A DNA stretch of 64,000 nt from Spizellomyces punctatus DAOM BR117 (lineage: Eukaryota): assembly GCA_000182565.2 (NCBI GenBank), contig KQ257456.1. The stretch is one strand, 5' to 3'. Numbering within the stretch: the first letter of the stretch is position 1; the number at the start of each line of letters is the position of its first letter. A program made the translations under genes and the position numbers. Shown piece after piece: positions 36,485 through 50,851 of this stretch. The notes below the pieces were generated by a model. The model did no database searches and was not told where the DNA came from. It worked only from the letters and a program-made list of their open reading frames with translations.

Positions 36485-38072
36485 ATGATTCCGTATACAT
36501 CCTGGATAATGAGCGATGCCTCAAAGCATCCTCCAGAGATCGACATCTATGATATCATTTTGGATCGACGGGAGGTTGTATTGCGGGAGGACGAAAAAGC
36601 TGCTGGCCCTTATTCGAAATTAGAGGGTGTTGTTCGGTTGCACCTGAACGCCCCGCTGAAAGGAGTGCGGGCGCTTTCCTTCCGCTTCGTTGCTGGGGCA
36701 GTAGCTAAATGGGACAGTCCCGAGGTTAGTTGACTGGCTGACATACGGTTGAGCATGGACAGAACCTAACTTCTACTCTTTTTTATTAGCTGAATGCAAA
36801 CCTTCGCGGTCCAGAGAGACTATTTGACCGGACGATTTATCTTTGGGATAAGGCGGATCCTGACGCTGCTCCATTCTTGGATGCCCAACAACACGAGTTT
36901 CGCTTCGCTCTGAAAATACCCGGCCGAATGCCGCCCTCTCTGCGCTTCCCTCAAGGTCAAGTACAATACATGCTCGTTGCTGCTATTGAATGGGAGACAA
37001 CATGCTTTGGAATACCCATACCTTTCTGGTCGTGGAGATCAATCATAACAAAGAAGGAAGTGCCAGTCCGCAAGATTCCTGGCAAAGTTGAAAACGTTAT
37101 ACGAAGATTGAAAGATATGTCTCACCACGATGAAAAGAAGGTTCGGATCCTGTATTCGGGGGATGTGGATGAAGGTCATGAGTCAAGACCTCTGCGGCGA
37201 CCCCTAGATAGCGGAAGGACGGTTTGGTCCCCCATTCCGGTGATAGATATCACGTTGCCTACACGTTTTCCTTTGACGGATCCTGTAATTCCGGTCACCG
37301 TACATACGGTGGAAGATGCCGAACTGATCGAATTGAGATGGACCCTTCGGCAGCAGGCTTTTTATCGCTTCATGTAAGAGGGAGTTCCTGACCGTCATCA
37401 CTCTAGTGACCTCGCATATATGAGAACTGGAACTTATTCTCTCACCTGTCACCTAACCCTATATCTCTGTCTTCTTAAAATTAAGGTACAACATGGCCCT
37501 CAGAGGCCCCATCGATACCTCCACCCACGCCATACCACCAAAACAACGTGAAGAAGAGGAGGTCCTTCGTACAACTTATGTATATCGCCCTGAGCCGTCG
37601 GATCCTCTCAATCAACCAGCGTCGAATCGCCACGAGCTGCGAATACCGCTGCTCGACGATCCACCCGCCTCAGAAGTCGAAGCTTTGGAGGACCTTGACG
37701 TGAGTTTATTTCCACACATATTTTTCCTTACTGATAATGTACTCACACCTCATGTCCTTAATTTACCACCAGACATCCGTAATGAAATTTCAGCACGTTG
37801 TTCATATCCATGTCATTTATCGTTCAAATTCTGATAATGACGGTGAGCGATCTGAAGAGGAAGCTGAAATCGATCTTCCTATCATTTTGTACAATCCGCC
37901 AAGTGAAGATGATACGATCGGAATATCAAGCACACTGGGAAGTGGAAGTACCGATGGCACAGCCGAAAGGCTGATATCGTATGCTGCTGAACCTCCACCT
38001 GCGTATATGGACGGTTCACAGCCGCCACTGTATCCGGGAGACTCACCGGAAGGATTACGACGACGAAAGTAA
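36485..38072 (+). CDS. Alpha-arrestin (arrestin N/C domain) protein
   Basis: LEGVVRLHL, HEFRFALKIPGRMPPSL..GQVQYMLVA, H..H..Y..IDLPIILY and C-terminal PPAY/PPLY motifs. Three introns. Confidence 0.75.
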
Positions 38073-38260
38073 CAATGCGGACCGTGGTAGTTGCAATTGT
38101 AAAGAATATGCCTGTTTTACTATCTATTTTTATTGTATCTTACGTGTCTACTTAATACTAAAATATCCCTGATTTATTAATGAAAACAAATCAAAAAGCT
38201 CCATATACAAGGTTTCGATACAAAGAGAAAGAGCTACCAAAGTCCTATTTACCACAGAGA

Positions 38261-39837
38261 CTACTCCTGGCCACTATGCTCCAATGTAGTCTTGTCTTCT
38301 ACTTCTACAGATGTTTCCTTCGAATCGGCCATACTGAGCGCTGCAGCGCTCTGTTCTGCCTGCACCCTTCTGGCCTCAGGGCGTACGTGAAGGGCTAGAA
38401 TCAACCCAATGACGCCTACACCAGGAACAAGCCAAATTTCACGCCCTTTCACCGTGTCTGCGCCCACGCCATTCCGAATTCCGTCCACCACAACCGAGGT
38501 CACAACTCCTAGCAGTTGTCCCACGCTCCAGAGCCCACCCGTCCCAATCGCTTCTCCAGCCTCACCATACGTAATCTCAATCCCCATCTCTAAACCAGTC
38601 GGAAGAACCGCAAAGGCGCCGAACCCGAATATAGCGGCGAAAAATAACAATCCACCCAACATTCCAGATCGCATGCAGGCGCTAAAAGCTATCAGACTGA
38701 CTAGCGCAAACCCATATGCGCATTTGTACACCATCGTATGAGGCGTGGTTGCATTGTCCCCAAACTTGCTTTTAAGAAAATTTGGTGTTTTGTCAAGGAT
38801 AAGAGCGGCGACAACTGATCCAAGAATGCCGCACAGGATGGTGGCAAATCCCATGTACCCCGCTTCATCTTCACTGTACCCAACTTCATCTGCAATAAAT
38901 GAAAGCTCGCTGACGTACGTATTGAACACGGCAATGGCAATACCGAAAGAGGTCATTAAAATGAGGTAATTTTTGTTACGAAGAAGATTGCGTAGGGAGA
39001 TAGCAAATGGAATGTTAGTTTCAGTTGCTCCCGCCTCAGCTTCGTCCGGTGATGTTCCAACAGGTTCCCGAAAGATGAAGGGAGCCAAAGGGGCTGGGAT
39101 AGTTGCGACTAATGCAGAAATCAGAAGAGCAGTTGGAAGCGATGCTGGATTTGAGTTGACAACGATCGGGACCACAACAAGGGCCAAGGCAGCGCCGATT
39201 GGATTAGCAAGGGTCATGACAGCATCTGCCAGGGTCCGCTCCGTTGGGGAATAGAATGTATTGGCGATCTTGGGAGGTGCTGCAATAATATCAGTAACGT
39301 GCCATCAACCTTAGAGTCATGATAGCCTGAATACCATTGAGAATAAAGGGTTGGGAAACCGCAGCTATAGACTGTCCTACGAAGGCCACGGCATATTTTC
39401 CCGCAGGAGGTCCAACAAAACAACCAAGATATCTGATCCATGCACCAAGAAAATTCAGCCCCGTTCCGATGAGCAGCTGGAAACATTAAAAAAACATGAG
39501 ACCTGACCACTACGAGACCAAGCACATTAAATTACATACTCCCCGTCGCAAGCCGTGTGTGTCCAGCACCATCGAGCTAACGATCGTTCACGTAGATGTA
39601 AGACGCAGAATCTTGCATAAGTAAGAATCTGAGCTTTACGATTTACCTCACAATTGTTACCGGCACATAAAGAGCCATAAACACCAGAGAAAACCAGGTC
39701 ACCGCCGATTCTTTGGTCTCATAGTATTCCGCACTCGTCACACTAGCACCAGCAAACGTCGACCACAACCATGCATTGGAAAGGTTGAGTATGGCATAGG
39801 TTAGGACGTACGCACTCCGGAAACGGCTCGTAGTCAT
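38261..39837 (-). CDS. MFS transporter, FLVCR/SLC49-like
   Basis: LNLSNAWLWSTF, PPKIANTFYSPTERTLA, ANPIGAAL, GILGSVVAALILDKT and GLEMGIEITY, with multiple TM segments. Confidence 0.82.
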
Positions 39838-40072
39838 GCTCGTTGGGGAGTAAAGGAAAATAGCAGGTGGAGACACAAGCGGTGTATGATGGGTGTTTGC
39901 TTTCGTAAGCTTTTCACGTGATTGGTCACCGCGCACACATTACAAAGTACTGTACCCCTGTATAAACCGTTCCTGGCAGAAATGTGTTGGCGATAACTCC
40001 TTGCTTCCAACCAGCAGAGCCTCTTTATTTATACATGCTCCAAAAACTGATATTTAATTACAGATCATTAGT

Positions 40073-42989
40073 TCACGGCTCCGTTCCCCTAGCAATGACT
40101 TCCGTTGTTACAGTTATCTTCCCCGTGAGATCAATAACAGCACCTTCCCAGATAACTTTAGCTTCACACCCGCTTTCCACTTCCTCCTTAACCTTCTGAT
40201 GAACTTGAAGAGGATCGCTGGGGATCCATACCGTCAAGGGGTCTGGACGCAAGGCAGGGTGCAGGAACTGCTTCTCGTAGTCGTCAGGACCCTCATACTT
40301 TTCAGGTTCCTCTGACGAGTTTGTTTGAGCATTCTTTTCAGCAGTCGTGTCCTTGCCAAGATCTCTCTCGCTAACAGTGTTGCGGTCCGCCCATGCTTCG
40401 TTGTCGGCATCGACGAGGTTGGCTCGGCTTTCTTTCCCGTGGAGAGTATTTGTGCCTTCGACTTCCTCCTTCCATGCCTGGTTGCTAACGAGTTCTTTTG
40501 CAACATCCGTGTTTATTGTGAGATGACGGTTGGAGGACTCATCGACGGCTGCTTTGGCAGGAACAGACACCATTAGCTTTCCAAACATGTCGGCGTACCG
40601 GTGGAATGCGACGGTGACTGCCAAGGCCAAAAAGGCTAAACCCGCCTGAACCCATGCGGTCTTAAGCAAGAAGAGACCGGCAATGACAAGTTCATGAATA
40701 TACAATGCCACAAACAGTTGCTTCGCAGCAGCGTAGAGATAGAGGCCGCCTGTTTGATTTTTCGTCGTGTAAACATATCTATCCAGAGCCCCGTTAGTTG
40801 AGCCATAAACACAGCGGAGACGGACAAACTACTCACTGCATCTGGTACATGTAAGCGAGATACCAAAACCCAAAGTACATCAAACACATTATGGAAACGA
40901 GCGGCGCGATTGTCATGTACGTCACTCCAACAGTCGCAATGAAGGAATGGCTCGCCATGGGGACGCCCGATAAGTACACCAGTGGTTGGGATTGCCTCCA
41001 AATGGCCCGAGGAGTACTCGCGAGAAACCTTAGCTTCAATGGCTTCAAAATCAGGTTCGCAATCTGGAGCAATTCACCAGCTGGACCAGAAAGGGCCAAG
41101 AGAATTACGTAGTTGACGAAGAAGGTTGAAACGCCGGGGATACTGCGGGCCAGGATCTCAAAGACTGCTGTCGGATTATCGATGATGGTTTGTATCGTCT
41201 GGAAAATGGACCCAGAAATCGTGACGATCAATAGCACGTTGAAAACGAGAAAAGCATAGTATTGGTTGATCAATGTCTTTTCAACGGCTGTGTTGGTCAT
41301 TTCACCAGCAAACTTGGACAAAACTGGCAAAAAAGCAGTCAGTGGTTAGCGCACGCGGATTCATGTCTTGTCTCTATATGAAAGCTTGGAGACTTACGGC
41401 GCAAAATCATGGGTAGAAAGGAGAAGAGAATGGCGACCAGAACAGTGGGGAGTATACCCTGAATGATACCCTTGACGGAAGCAGGAAGGTCATTGAAGAA
41501 ACCGAGGAAAGGGAATGTTTTCGTCAACTGGTCCAAACTGGCAATACCAGCCAAGAAGGCAGCTGTAAAGGAGGCGACAGGTCACCAACGCGCGCTACAC
41601 GACACGATAACAGTCGTGGTACTTACTGATGACACCCCAGAAAATCACGAGAGCAACACAGACCAGTAAAGCTATCAGGCCTCGAACTTGACGCTGATAA
41701 AACGGCATCTGCAGATTGTCCCAGATGATATCATTGGGATCGACGCAAGCTTGCTTGTCGTCCATGACTCCAGGAGTACCGTGGATGTTGGCCAATGCTG
41801 CGACGTGCGGAGCAAACAAGTCTGAGAAGACAATAAAGGCAGCAGATTCGAACTTGTCGGATCCTGTGTAGGCTACCGAACGCTTTTCCTTGAGCTGCGT
41901 TTCCAGCTCACGCATTTCCCTTATATACTCTGAAATCGAGTCAACTTTTTCCCCAAAGACAATCATCTTCTTATGCGTAGGGCGCATATTATAAATTTCA
42001 GGCGGGATCGCGTGCTCGCCACCTTCCTCCAAGTCCACAGATTGCCCATCTTTCTTCAAACTGGCAATGTGCTTTGCATAATTGACGCAGACGGTTTTGA
42101 TGTACGTTGTCGAGGCTTTTTCTAGACTGTCTCGTTCTCCAACGTGCTTGTTGTGTAGCTTGCTCAGCTCCCTTACATCCCGAGTGAGGATGACATCGAG
42201 GACTTTGTTTGGTTGAATCCGTTCCAAGAGCTTCCGAAGGACCACAGGATCGCGAAGCGATCGAGGTATGTCACGAACCAAGAGAGTGTAACCGGACAAG
42301 GATGCCCGATTTTCCGGGCTAAGCAAGAATTTGTGTCGAAGTTCGGCAGCTTTATTTAAGAGTTTGAAGATGATGTACAGGATAATGGCTGACATGGCCA
42401 AAGACAATGAGCCCCAAAATGATTTTGCAGCATACTCTTCGACATTTTTCTTACCGATAAATGCCCACGTAAGAAAGAGAGTTCCCCATAATCTGGCTGT
42501 TTGGTCGTCTCCCACATTTCCAATTGTCATTTTGTTCAAACCCGGGTTTCCGGCATTGCCCGTTATATATACCGGGAACAAGATAATGGCTCCAACGAGG
42601 GCAATGACAAAAAACACTCGTAGAAGTTGGCGCATATAGAATATAACGGCCCAATTATCAGGACCAATTCGGTTGATTATAGCATCATCATCGCTTCTTG
42701 AGTGAAGTGTTAACCAGCTGTACCAGCGTTCTAACGGGGGTGATCGATTCCTAGAATGTGTTAGCAAACATGAAAAGCCAAAGCGCACTGTAGCAGCAGC
42801 AATATATGAGGCTCACTTTTCTGGAACAAGAAACGTTCTCGGGGCATATACGAGAGGATATCTCCCTCTCAGCACGATGAAGGCAGTGTAGAATGCCAAA
42901 GCGACTGCACTGTTGAAGATTACGGCCGAGATGAAGGATGACACTGAGGAAACATCCTTCACCTGGTCAGGAGGAGGAACGTCCGCCAT
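40073..42989 (-). CDS. TMEM63/OSCA/CSC1 (RSN1/PHM7) family channel
   Basis: VYAPRTF, IGPDNW..IFYMR, YTLLVRDIP, PNDIIWDNL, GIIQGILP, STFFVNYVIL and ETDKL-adjacent GGLY segment; C-terminal HPAL..VWIPSD. Confidence 0.9.
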
Positions 42990-44134
42990 GGCAGTAGAAA
43001 GTCCTTTTGGGGAACTGGGTAGAGGAAGTCGCGTTTACAAAGAACTTTGGGGGAAAGCAGCAATCCTCGAGTTTAAATGTTGCAACGCTGCTTTTTTCTT
43101 TTCTTCTGTGTGCGCTTGTTTTTCGTCAATCGTTTCGTCGTATTTTTTTTTTCCTTGTGCTAAAGCGTCAAAAATAAACCTAAAAAATAAAATGGAGTTT
43201 AACATCGGAGCCTCGAACGAAATGTTCGGCTTTTTGCAAATGATCGCATCATGACGTGTCAGCAGCAGAGTCAAACCAGATCGCTGGGCACACCGATCTC
43301 TCCGGGGGAGCCACAGCCGTGGAAGCTTTTTATTATTTAAGCGTTGTATTTCATATGTTCTTTGTGCCAAGTCGTGTACTGGGCGAAGAGCTACATGCCA
43401 CCAGCCAGACGAGAATCGTCCTCTGCTCCCATTGCCCAAAATACCCCACGGGTTTCCCCCTAAACTACTTGGTACGCAGCAGGTCGCCGTCCGTTGTCAC
43501 CTTGGAGCAACAAGCCATAGCAGATCAAAATGCCACGTGAGGACGGCTTGATTCTTGATGGCAGCTGCTGGCAACAGCTTCTTTTAGCTTTCATAATTCA
43601 GTTTTGACGCATCTTCAAGTACGGTGATTGCAAGGTGATGAAAACCCTGCAGCATCAAATGTGGCAAAGGAACACCATCGTGGTGGACACGGTTGGTCTC
43701 CGTCGACAGTTGGAACACTGGGACCGTTTCCATAATTGTACTCACTTGTAACGTTAGAAGCTATCCTACAAGAACAAGTGCATCATGTCTCCATATCCTC
43801 TTGATTCCGCTTACAAAAGCGTACATTGGAAGCTTGTACGCAGAGGGTCCTGCGCTCACCCGCTTGGGATGTCCAATTGGAACCGCGCCACAACCCAGCC
43901 TCATGTGGCTCCAATCCCCAGGATTGCTCGCTTCTCGCTTGACATTCTGATCGCGGACATTATAGTTTCCTCCTCCAACCCATCTTTCAATGCGTGCGTT
44001 GCACTGGACTGGTGTTGGAACTGTACTTGACATGGGGTAATACTTCACCTTACCTCCTAGTTCATTTCACCTGATCAATACAAGTACATTCTTTGGGTCG
44101 TGCTGCTGATTGGAAACATTAGTAGCTCGCCGCA

Positions 44135-47100
44135 ATGGAGTCAAGAAGCTCGACGCAAGCGCACAGTCTGTCACAGAATGGCAACCATCTGGACTCTCAT
44201 ACAACAGCAGCAACAAACTCGGACAGAGGGTCGAGCCCCCAACAAAGGTCCGAAACGGGAGATCTGTCTGCGCGGACGGAAACCCAGTCCACAGGCTACT
44301 TTCCAGCGTCCAGTGCGTTGGGGTCCCTATTCAGCGTATCGGGTTCAGGGATTACCTCGACATCTGACTCTGCCGATCGTGAAGGAAACCTCTCTATCGT
44401 GAACAGTTCCGGTACAACCAGCTCCAGCCATTCAAAACCTCAAAGTCTGTTCACCTCTTCGGCAGGCCCGTCGAGACCAGCATCAAGACGATCTCGTGAT
44501 GGATCATCGTTACATTCTGATCCATTCCGCAAGTCAGATTGGAAGGTGTTGTATGAACCAGAGTTGCCAGAAAGCAAAACGCGACCAAAAGGAACGAGGG
44601 TGATTAGATCGGATGGGAAGCCGCTTAAGGAAGGAGATCCTGTGATTGAGCTGCAGGATCCGCGGTTGGAGATACTTGACTATGCTCAAGCAGGTCGTGG
44701 TCGAAAGCGATTGATGATTCATCTTCGGCGAGTCATGTATCAGGTAAGCGCCTGCGATGGAGAATCGGATGTACTAAGCTGATCATAATCGTGTTATATT
44801 ATTCTATTGGGTTTGATTAGAGCGATGATGCATCAAGTAGGTCCCCCATTGTGCGAAGCATCTTCGTATCTGGACTTCCGTTCTCGATTACTGCCACCGA
44901 ACTGAAAACCTTGTTCGAGTCATTTGGAGACATTGCCAGTGTCATCAATGAGGTGCATCCACACACTGCTCAGAATGTCGGTTTTGCCTCGATCATTTAT
45001 GCCGGCGACGCGCAACAAGCAGCAGCCGCAGCTAGAAGAGCGGTGGATAGCATGGATGGGCATATAGTAGAACACAAGCCTCTTCGTGTGCAATTGGATC
45101 CAGACGGTAAGTCTGCTGATTTCCAGTTCTTGCGTTGTCAAAAGGGTTGACTAAATGTCGTGGTAGGTTCCAAAAAGCGCGCTGCAATAGATGATCTATT
45201 GCGACCACCATCCGCAGCAGCACACCCTTCCTCTGGCCCGCTGGGTTCACATCCTACCCATCCTCCACCTCCACCACATCCTCCATTGCCGTACGCTACG
45301 TTTCATCCCCCGCCTCCCCCACCACCACATCGCCAGCGACCACCATATTTTTCGCGCCCCCCATCACATATGCCAGGTCTTCGACGCCCCGTTTGGGGTG
45401 CTGCACCGGAGGATAGGCATCACGATTCCCGACCTTACTCTCCACGACGTCCATATGACGACCACGAAAGACATAGCCCAAGGTATGCGGATTCTCATGG
45501 TCGTCCACGAAAACTATCGGGTGATATCCTTCCTGTCAGCACACATGGTGATCTGGCCGATCGCGACCGCTCATTACAGTTTTCTGCCACCTCAAATGAT
45601 GGAACCCTTGCCAGTGCAAAATATCCCGCCCAAGACACTGCCGCGAGACGCATTGAACATCGAGATAGTGCTTCGACGGCCAACTCAAATCTCGAAACAA
45701 ATGTACGGGATGTGCCACCGGCACGCTCATCGTACACCATGCAGAACTCACAATGGGAACGTGGTCGTGCACGTACTCCAGCAGACTCCGACATACGTCA
45801 AAGAGTATCTGTACGTAGCCCGCTGGGTACAGATTCTCAGCAAGGTGGCCTTACTCCTCGTTCCACTGAGGGGCTTCTGAAGGCTTCACCAGTAAGGCCA
45901 CCGGAAACTCCACAAAGCCAGCAATTGAAGGAATTGCGAAGGAAGTCCAGGGATTCCTCTCCGCATGACACTTCTGGAAGCTCTCGGTTTTCTTCTTCAG
46001 CATCACACTCCGCAAGACCCACCGCAGCTTCTCCCAAACAGGCCGATTCACGTGAGCCCGGGGAAGTACTAGAGGCAAGTGGTGGAACTCCGCATCGCAA
46101 TCGAACTACCAGCTCCATCCCTCTAGTCGACTCTTACCGTCCCGGGGCGACGATGGATCCTCCAACCTCACGTCGCTCTATCGTTGATACTTATCGTCCT
46201 AGTGACAGTACTACTGGCGCTCGCCGTGACAGCGAGTCACGGCATTCGGAGGGTCATCGATCTGTAGCGCTTGATTCTTATCGTCCGGGTTCAACAGATA
46301 CCTACATCCCACGCACAGTTTCAAGCGCACGAGACACCTATGTGCCTCGTGATAAATCTCGGGGTATCAGAGAAAGAAGTGCAAGCCGGGGCCGCAGCCG
46401 CAGCCGTGGTCGATCGCGCAGCCTATCTCACAGTGGATCCCGCAGCAGATCCCGCAGCAGATCTCGTAGTAGATCCCGTAGTAGATCCCGTAGCCGATCT
46501 CGCAGTCGATTCCGTAGCCTGAGCAGCTCCAGGAGTCGGAGCCATGGTCGTTTCCGAGACAGAGACAGGTATCGTGCCCGCAGGGAACGTTCTTGGAGCC
46601 GCGACAGAGACGCTTCCCGTGACCGACGGCGGAGCAGCCCTCGACGAAGAAGACTACGGCCAAGCCGCAGTCGTAGTGACAGCTGTAGCCGGGATCGTCG
46701 TCATAGGAGCAACAGCTCTGGTCGACGGGCAGTCATAATAGACTCGTACAGACCAAGTCGTCCTTCGGATACTAGTCACCGAAGCAAGGAACGTATTGAT
46801 CAAACATCACGCGAAGAAGTCCATTTTAAGGGAGGACCTGCATCTTCATTGGACAATGAGATCAAGAGAGAAGCGGACTTAGTCCAAGGTACGAGACTAG
46901 ATGACGAACACACGGGAAATACAGCTCCCGACGTACATAATTGTGACACCGCAGCTCCCGAACTGAAAAGCTGTGAACGCGAAGAGGCACGAGTACAATC
47001 GGAGGTCGAGCACGAGAGCGTCAAGGAGGGTACTCTCGCTGATATACCAAAATATGCCATAGCTGATGGCACTATACCCAGCGAAACAAACACGCTCGAC

Positions 47101-49579
47101 GTGCTCTTGACTGCCTTGAAAGCAAAACTGCCGGCGGCATTGGAAAGAGATGTACGGCAGCTCAAGCGAACGGAAGCCGTGGAACTATTTCTTGCAAAAT
47201 TGCATGAAAGAGGCGATGTGTTTCCAATTAACGCCCTCAGCAAAGCTATGGAAGTCGGTGGTCCGGCCCAAACGCTAGAAGAGTCCCACATTATTCGTGA
47301 CCGTGCTGCTTCGCAGGCAACTAATGCGGATTCAGCCGACCCGGTTGCGGCTATTGACATCACTTTGGATAAGAGAAGCCTTCTTGCCGGATTACATATC
47401 AAAAAGAAGATTCCGGCCAGTAGACCAAAATCACCTAGCATATCTCCACGATTCTCACCATTGCCAGCCTCAATTAACCGGGAGCCGGAGGTAAATACGA
47501 TAGGTCCCTTGAAAAAGGAGACAGAAGCGGTTCAACATTCGAACATTACTGTGAAAGCCAAGCGTGCAAGGATTATTGATGATGAACTGGCTTCTGACCG
47601 CGAGAATCTTGTCAAAACCGGGCGAACCGAAAAGGGCAAACTCGGGAAGCAACTATCCACAGATGCCGCTAAACGTAAACACCTCGTGGACAGTAGTGAT
47701 GAGGAGGATGTCGTTGGATCTATAAAGCAGACGTCACCGCGTAAGGCCATCAATAAAGCTGCTTCAGAACGAAAACGGGTCGAATATACCTCTTCTGAAG
47801 ACGAGCCTGAACCACAGCCAAAACGTCAAAGAGTGGAGTATAGTAGCGATGAAGAGAACGTTGCTGAAAAGGATGCCGCCGAAGGGATGTCGGAGGAAGA
47901 GGTGCACGAACGCGAACGTAAATACGAAGAATCCACCCGGGATGAGCGACGGAAGGGGAGACAAAAGAAAGGGTTCACAGCACCGTCGGCAGAGTTGTCC
48001 ACTAAAAGAGATTCAAAGATCAAGGATGTAAAACTTGATGATTATCTTAAAGCTCAGCAACGCGCCCTTAATGGCCTGCGATCCCGGGGTTCCTTCGACG
48101 ACCTGTTTTCCGTACAACCATCCTCAGGTGTCCAAAGCGCAGATGAAGACGAGGTGGTCCGCGCGGAAGGCACAATAGAAGCACTTGGATTACCGGAACT
48201 GGAGCCCGCTCGCGAAGAGTCTCTTGGCCTTGAGGATGACGTTAAAGTCGACATTGAAGCGGAGGACGCTTCGGCGAAGGATAAGAAGATTAAAGGGAAG
48301 GCTCGAAGAGGGAAGGCGTCTGCCCCTCCGTGGGCAGCGGGGGCATCTGCAGCTTCGAGGCGAAAGAAACCCAAGCGCGAACGCGTTGCACAGGTTAACT
48401 CCTTCCTTCCGCAAGTACCGCCTGCTCCACCGCCCTTGGAACTTGAAAGTGACGACGACGATGACGATTTCGATGAACTGCTGCAACAACCTATTGACTG
48501 GCCGCCAGATGATGACTTTCGAGAGGAGGATATGGATGCGAGTCTTGACCTGGACGAGGCTTCTTTGCGAGAGCGCCTGGAGGCTATGGGCGAGGATGAT
48601 AGACACTATCTCAAGAAGGCGCTGGAGGAGGAACAACAAAAACGGCGCCAGAAGAGAGCAGCCAAGATAGCTGCCCGCGAGGCTCGCGAAGCAAATGCTA
48701 AGGCTACCTGGAGATGCCCACCAGTACCAGCGCGAGCGCCGTCCCCTGTTGGCTATCTGCCGCCGGCTCATACCACCGGAGCAGCTCGGACGGAGGGCTT
48801 CTACAAACTTTCTGACGAAGCCAAAGCTTCGGCGGCCAAGGCTCGGAATGATGCGGCGGCTGCGGCTGCTAATGGAGCTGAAACAACCGCACCGTACTCT
48901 CTCACCGCCGCTAAGGCAGCCGCCAAGGCCGGATCTCGAGCCAATCGCATTCATCATCGACAGCTTCTGGCCGCAAATGAAAACTTGAGCGATAGCATGA
49001 AATTCAACCAGCTTAAAGGACGGAGGAAACGTCTAAAGTTTGCCAAGAGTCCTATTCATGATTGGGGCTTATTTGCAATGGAGCGAATTGATAAAAACGA
49101 GTTCGTTATTGAGTACATTGGCGAGATTGTCCGACAGAAGGTAGGTTACGTCATCATATCCTGGCGCAATTAGTATATAAACATGACTGAATCCTCTTGT
49201 TAGGTTGCGGATCACAGGGAAAAGATCTACGAAAGACAGGGAATTGGGTCGAGTTACTTGTTTCGCATTGATGGAGATCACATCATTGACGCGACTAAGC
49301 GGGGGAACATGGCAAGATTTATTAATCACAACTGTGAGGTAGGAATTTACATTCTCGACCGCAGATGTATCCGACGTTTTCCGCCATTAACCATACCATT
49401 TCCAGCCTAATTGTAGCGCCAAAGTGATAACGGTTGCTGGCAAGAAACGCATCGTAATTTATGCCAATCGAGACATTGAAGATGGCGAGGAGATTACCTA
49501 TGATTATCAGTTCCCCATCGAAGAGGATAAGATTCCTTGTCTCTGTGGTGCGCCTGGATGTCGAGGAACACTCAATTGA
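44135..49579 (+). CDS. SET1: Set1 histone H3K4 methyltransferase
   Basis: N-terminal KVLYEP..QDPR, an RRM (44851-45106), [18 protein letters not shown] domain [48 protein letters not shown] and post-[16 protein letters not shown]. Stop 49577-49579. Confidence 0.93.
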
Positions 49580-49905
49580 GCCTGGCAGTGGTTGTGCCGT
49601 TCTCTGGTAGTGAATCTAGTGCAGGGCTGTTACTTTTTGGAATTTAATGCCGGGTTTGAACCCGAAGTGTATGGGGATGTTTACCCGGCCTTGTCAGTGC
49701 CAGAAGATTGCTGATACTTTCCTCCATCAACGATGTATCAGATAGAGAAGCAAATGCAAATTGAAATTGAAAATGAATATACAGGAAGGCAATCATGCTG
49801 TCTAGCAATAAAGCTATACAAGTCCTCGAAAGATTGCACACACATTACATGGCAAATGGGAAGGTCTCTGGTACATCTGGTGAAGCATCCGGGAAGTGGG
49901 CCGTC

Positions 49906-49983
49906 CCCGAGGTCATGGCGAGATTGCGCAAACTGAACAGAGAATACGAGGAAAAGTTTGGGTTCCGATTTGTGGTTTTTGTA
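49906..49983 (+). pseudogene. OHCU decarboxylase gene fragment
   Basis: PEVMARLRKLNREYEEKFGFRFVVFV matches the LN.EY..KFGF.F..FV motif of OHCU decarboxylase. There is no start and no continuation. Confidence 0.65.
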
Positions 49984-50398
49984 ATGAATTTCAGGAACGA
50001 GGAAAGACAATTAGCATTCTACTTCACCATAGGCGGCACCATTTGCGGTAGCATGGTTGTTGTATTCCTTGCTGTATGGTGTTTGACGTACAGCATATAG
50101 ATACTAGGGTGCAGCTCACTCGTTCCTTCTCTCACTTTCACTGTACCATTCCCTATAGGAATACCTCACAAGTTAACGTTTCGGTATAGGAAGTCCATGG
50201 AAGAATCTTGGGATCCTGCTGATGTACAGATTGATATAATAGATATGGAGTAGTAATGCGATATATATTCCAAGTTTACATCTGCAATATTGAATGTAGG
50301 TGCTATTATACCTAAGAATGCAGTTTATGAATTGAGCTTCTCCTACGTCTTTCCCATTCCCAACCAACCGCTTGCCCTTGCACTTGGAAAACTGCAAA

Positions 50399-50851
50399 TC
50401 AAGCAGTATACTTGGTGTTACCCTTCACCGTTGCAAGCACCCATGCCTCCAAAGCTCTCGCTAGGCTGTTCTTGAGTGGATACGCGCTCATCTGCATAAA
50501 AAAAGTTGATTCGGAGAGGCCTTGCACTTCGTTCAGAAGGCAGCCCATGTAGTCATCGGCCAATGCAAAATCAACTCGAGCTACAACATTCAGGGAAGGC
50601 ATGTGTTTTCTCAAAACATTCACCGCGCATTCAGCTCCTTTTTTGACCGCTGGAAGAAGGTCATCCTCAGTATGGGCGACAGAGGGATCATTGAATCGGA
50701 CTCTTACGAGGCCATCCCTGCCAGCTTGTAGATTCCCGCGCGTGATGTGGAAGAGTTCCTCCACTACAAAGAGGTCACGGTTTTTGTCTTCACCGCCACT
50801 GGGTTTCATTACAAATGCTGTCGTTGCCTTTCCTTGACAGACTCTCACCAT
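50399..50851 (-). pseudogene. ATP-grasp-like protein fragment
   Basis: FVMKPSGG, ARVDFAL and LLNEVQG motifs; the N-terminal part is missing. Confidence 0.45.

Noticed and set aside
43693-44048. Short overlapping ORFs upstream of SET1
   Set aside because: No recognisable domain on either strand; located in a divergent promoter region.
46800-48957. Long antisense ORFs opposite SET1 (and similar ones opposite the helicases and GH26)
   Set aside because: Shadow ORFs of real coding sequence with no independent motifs.
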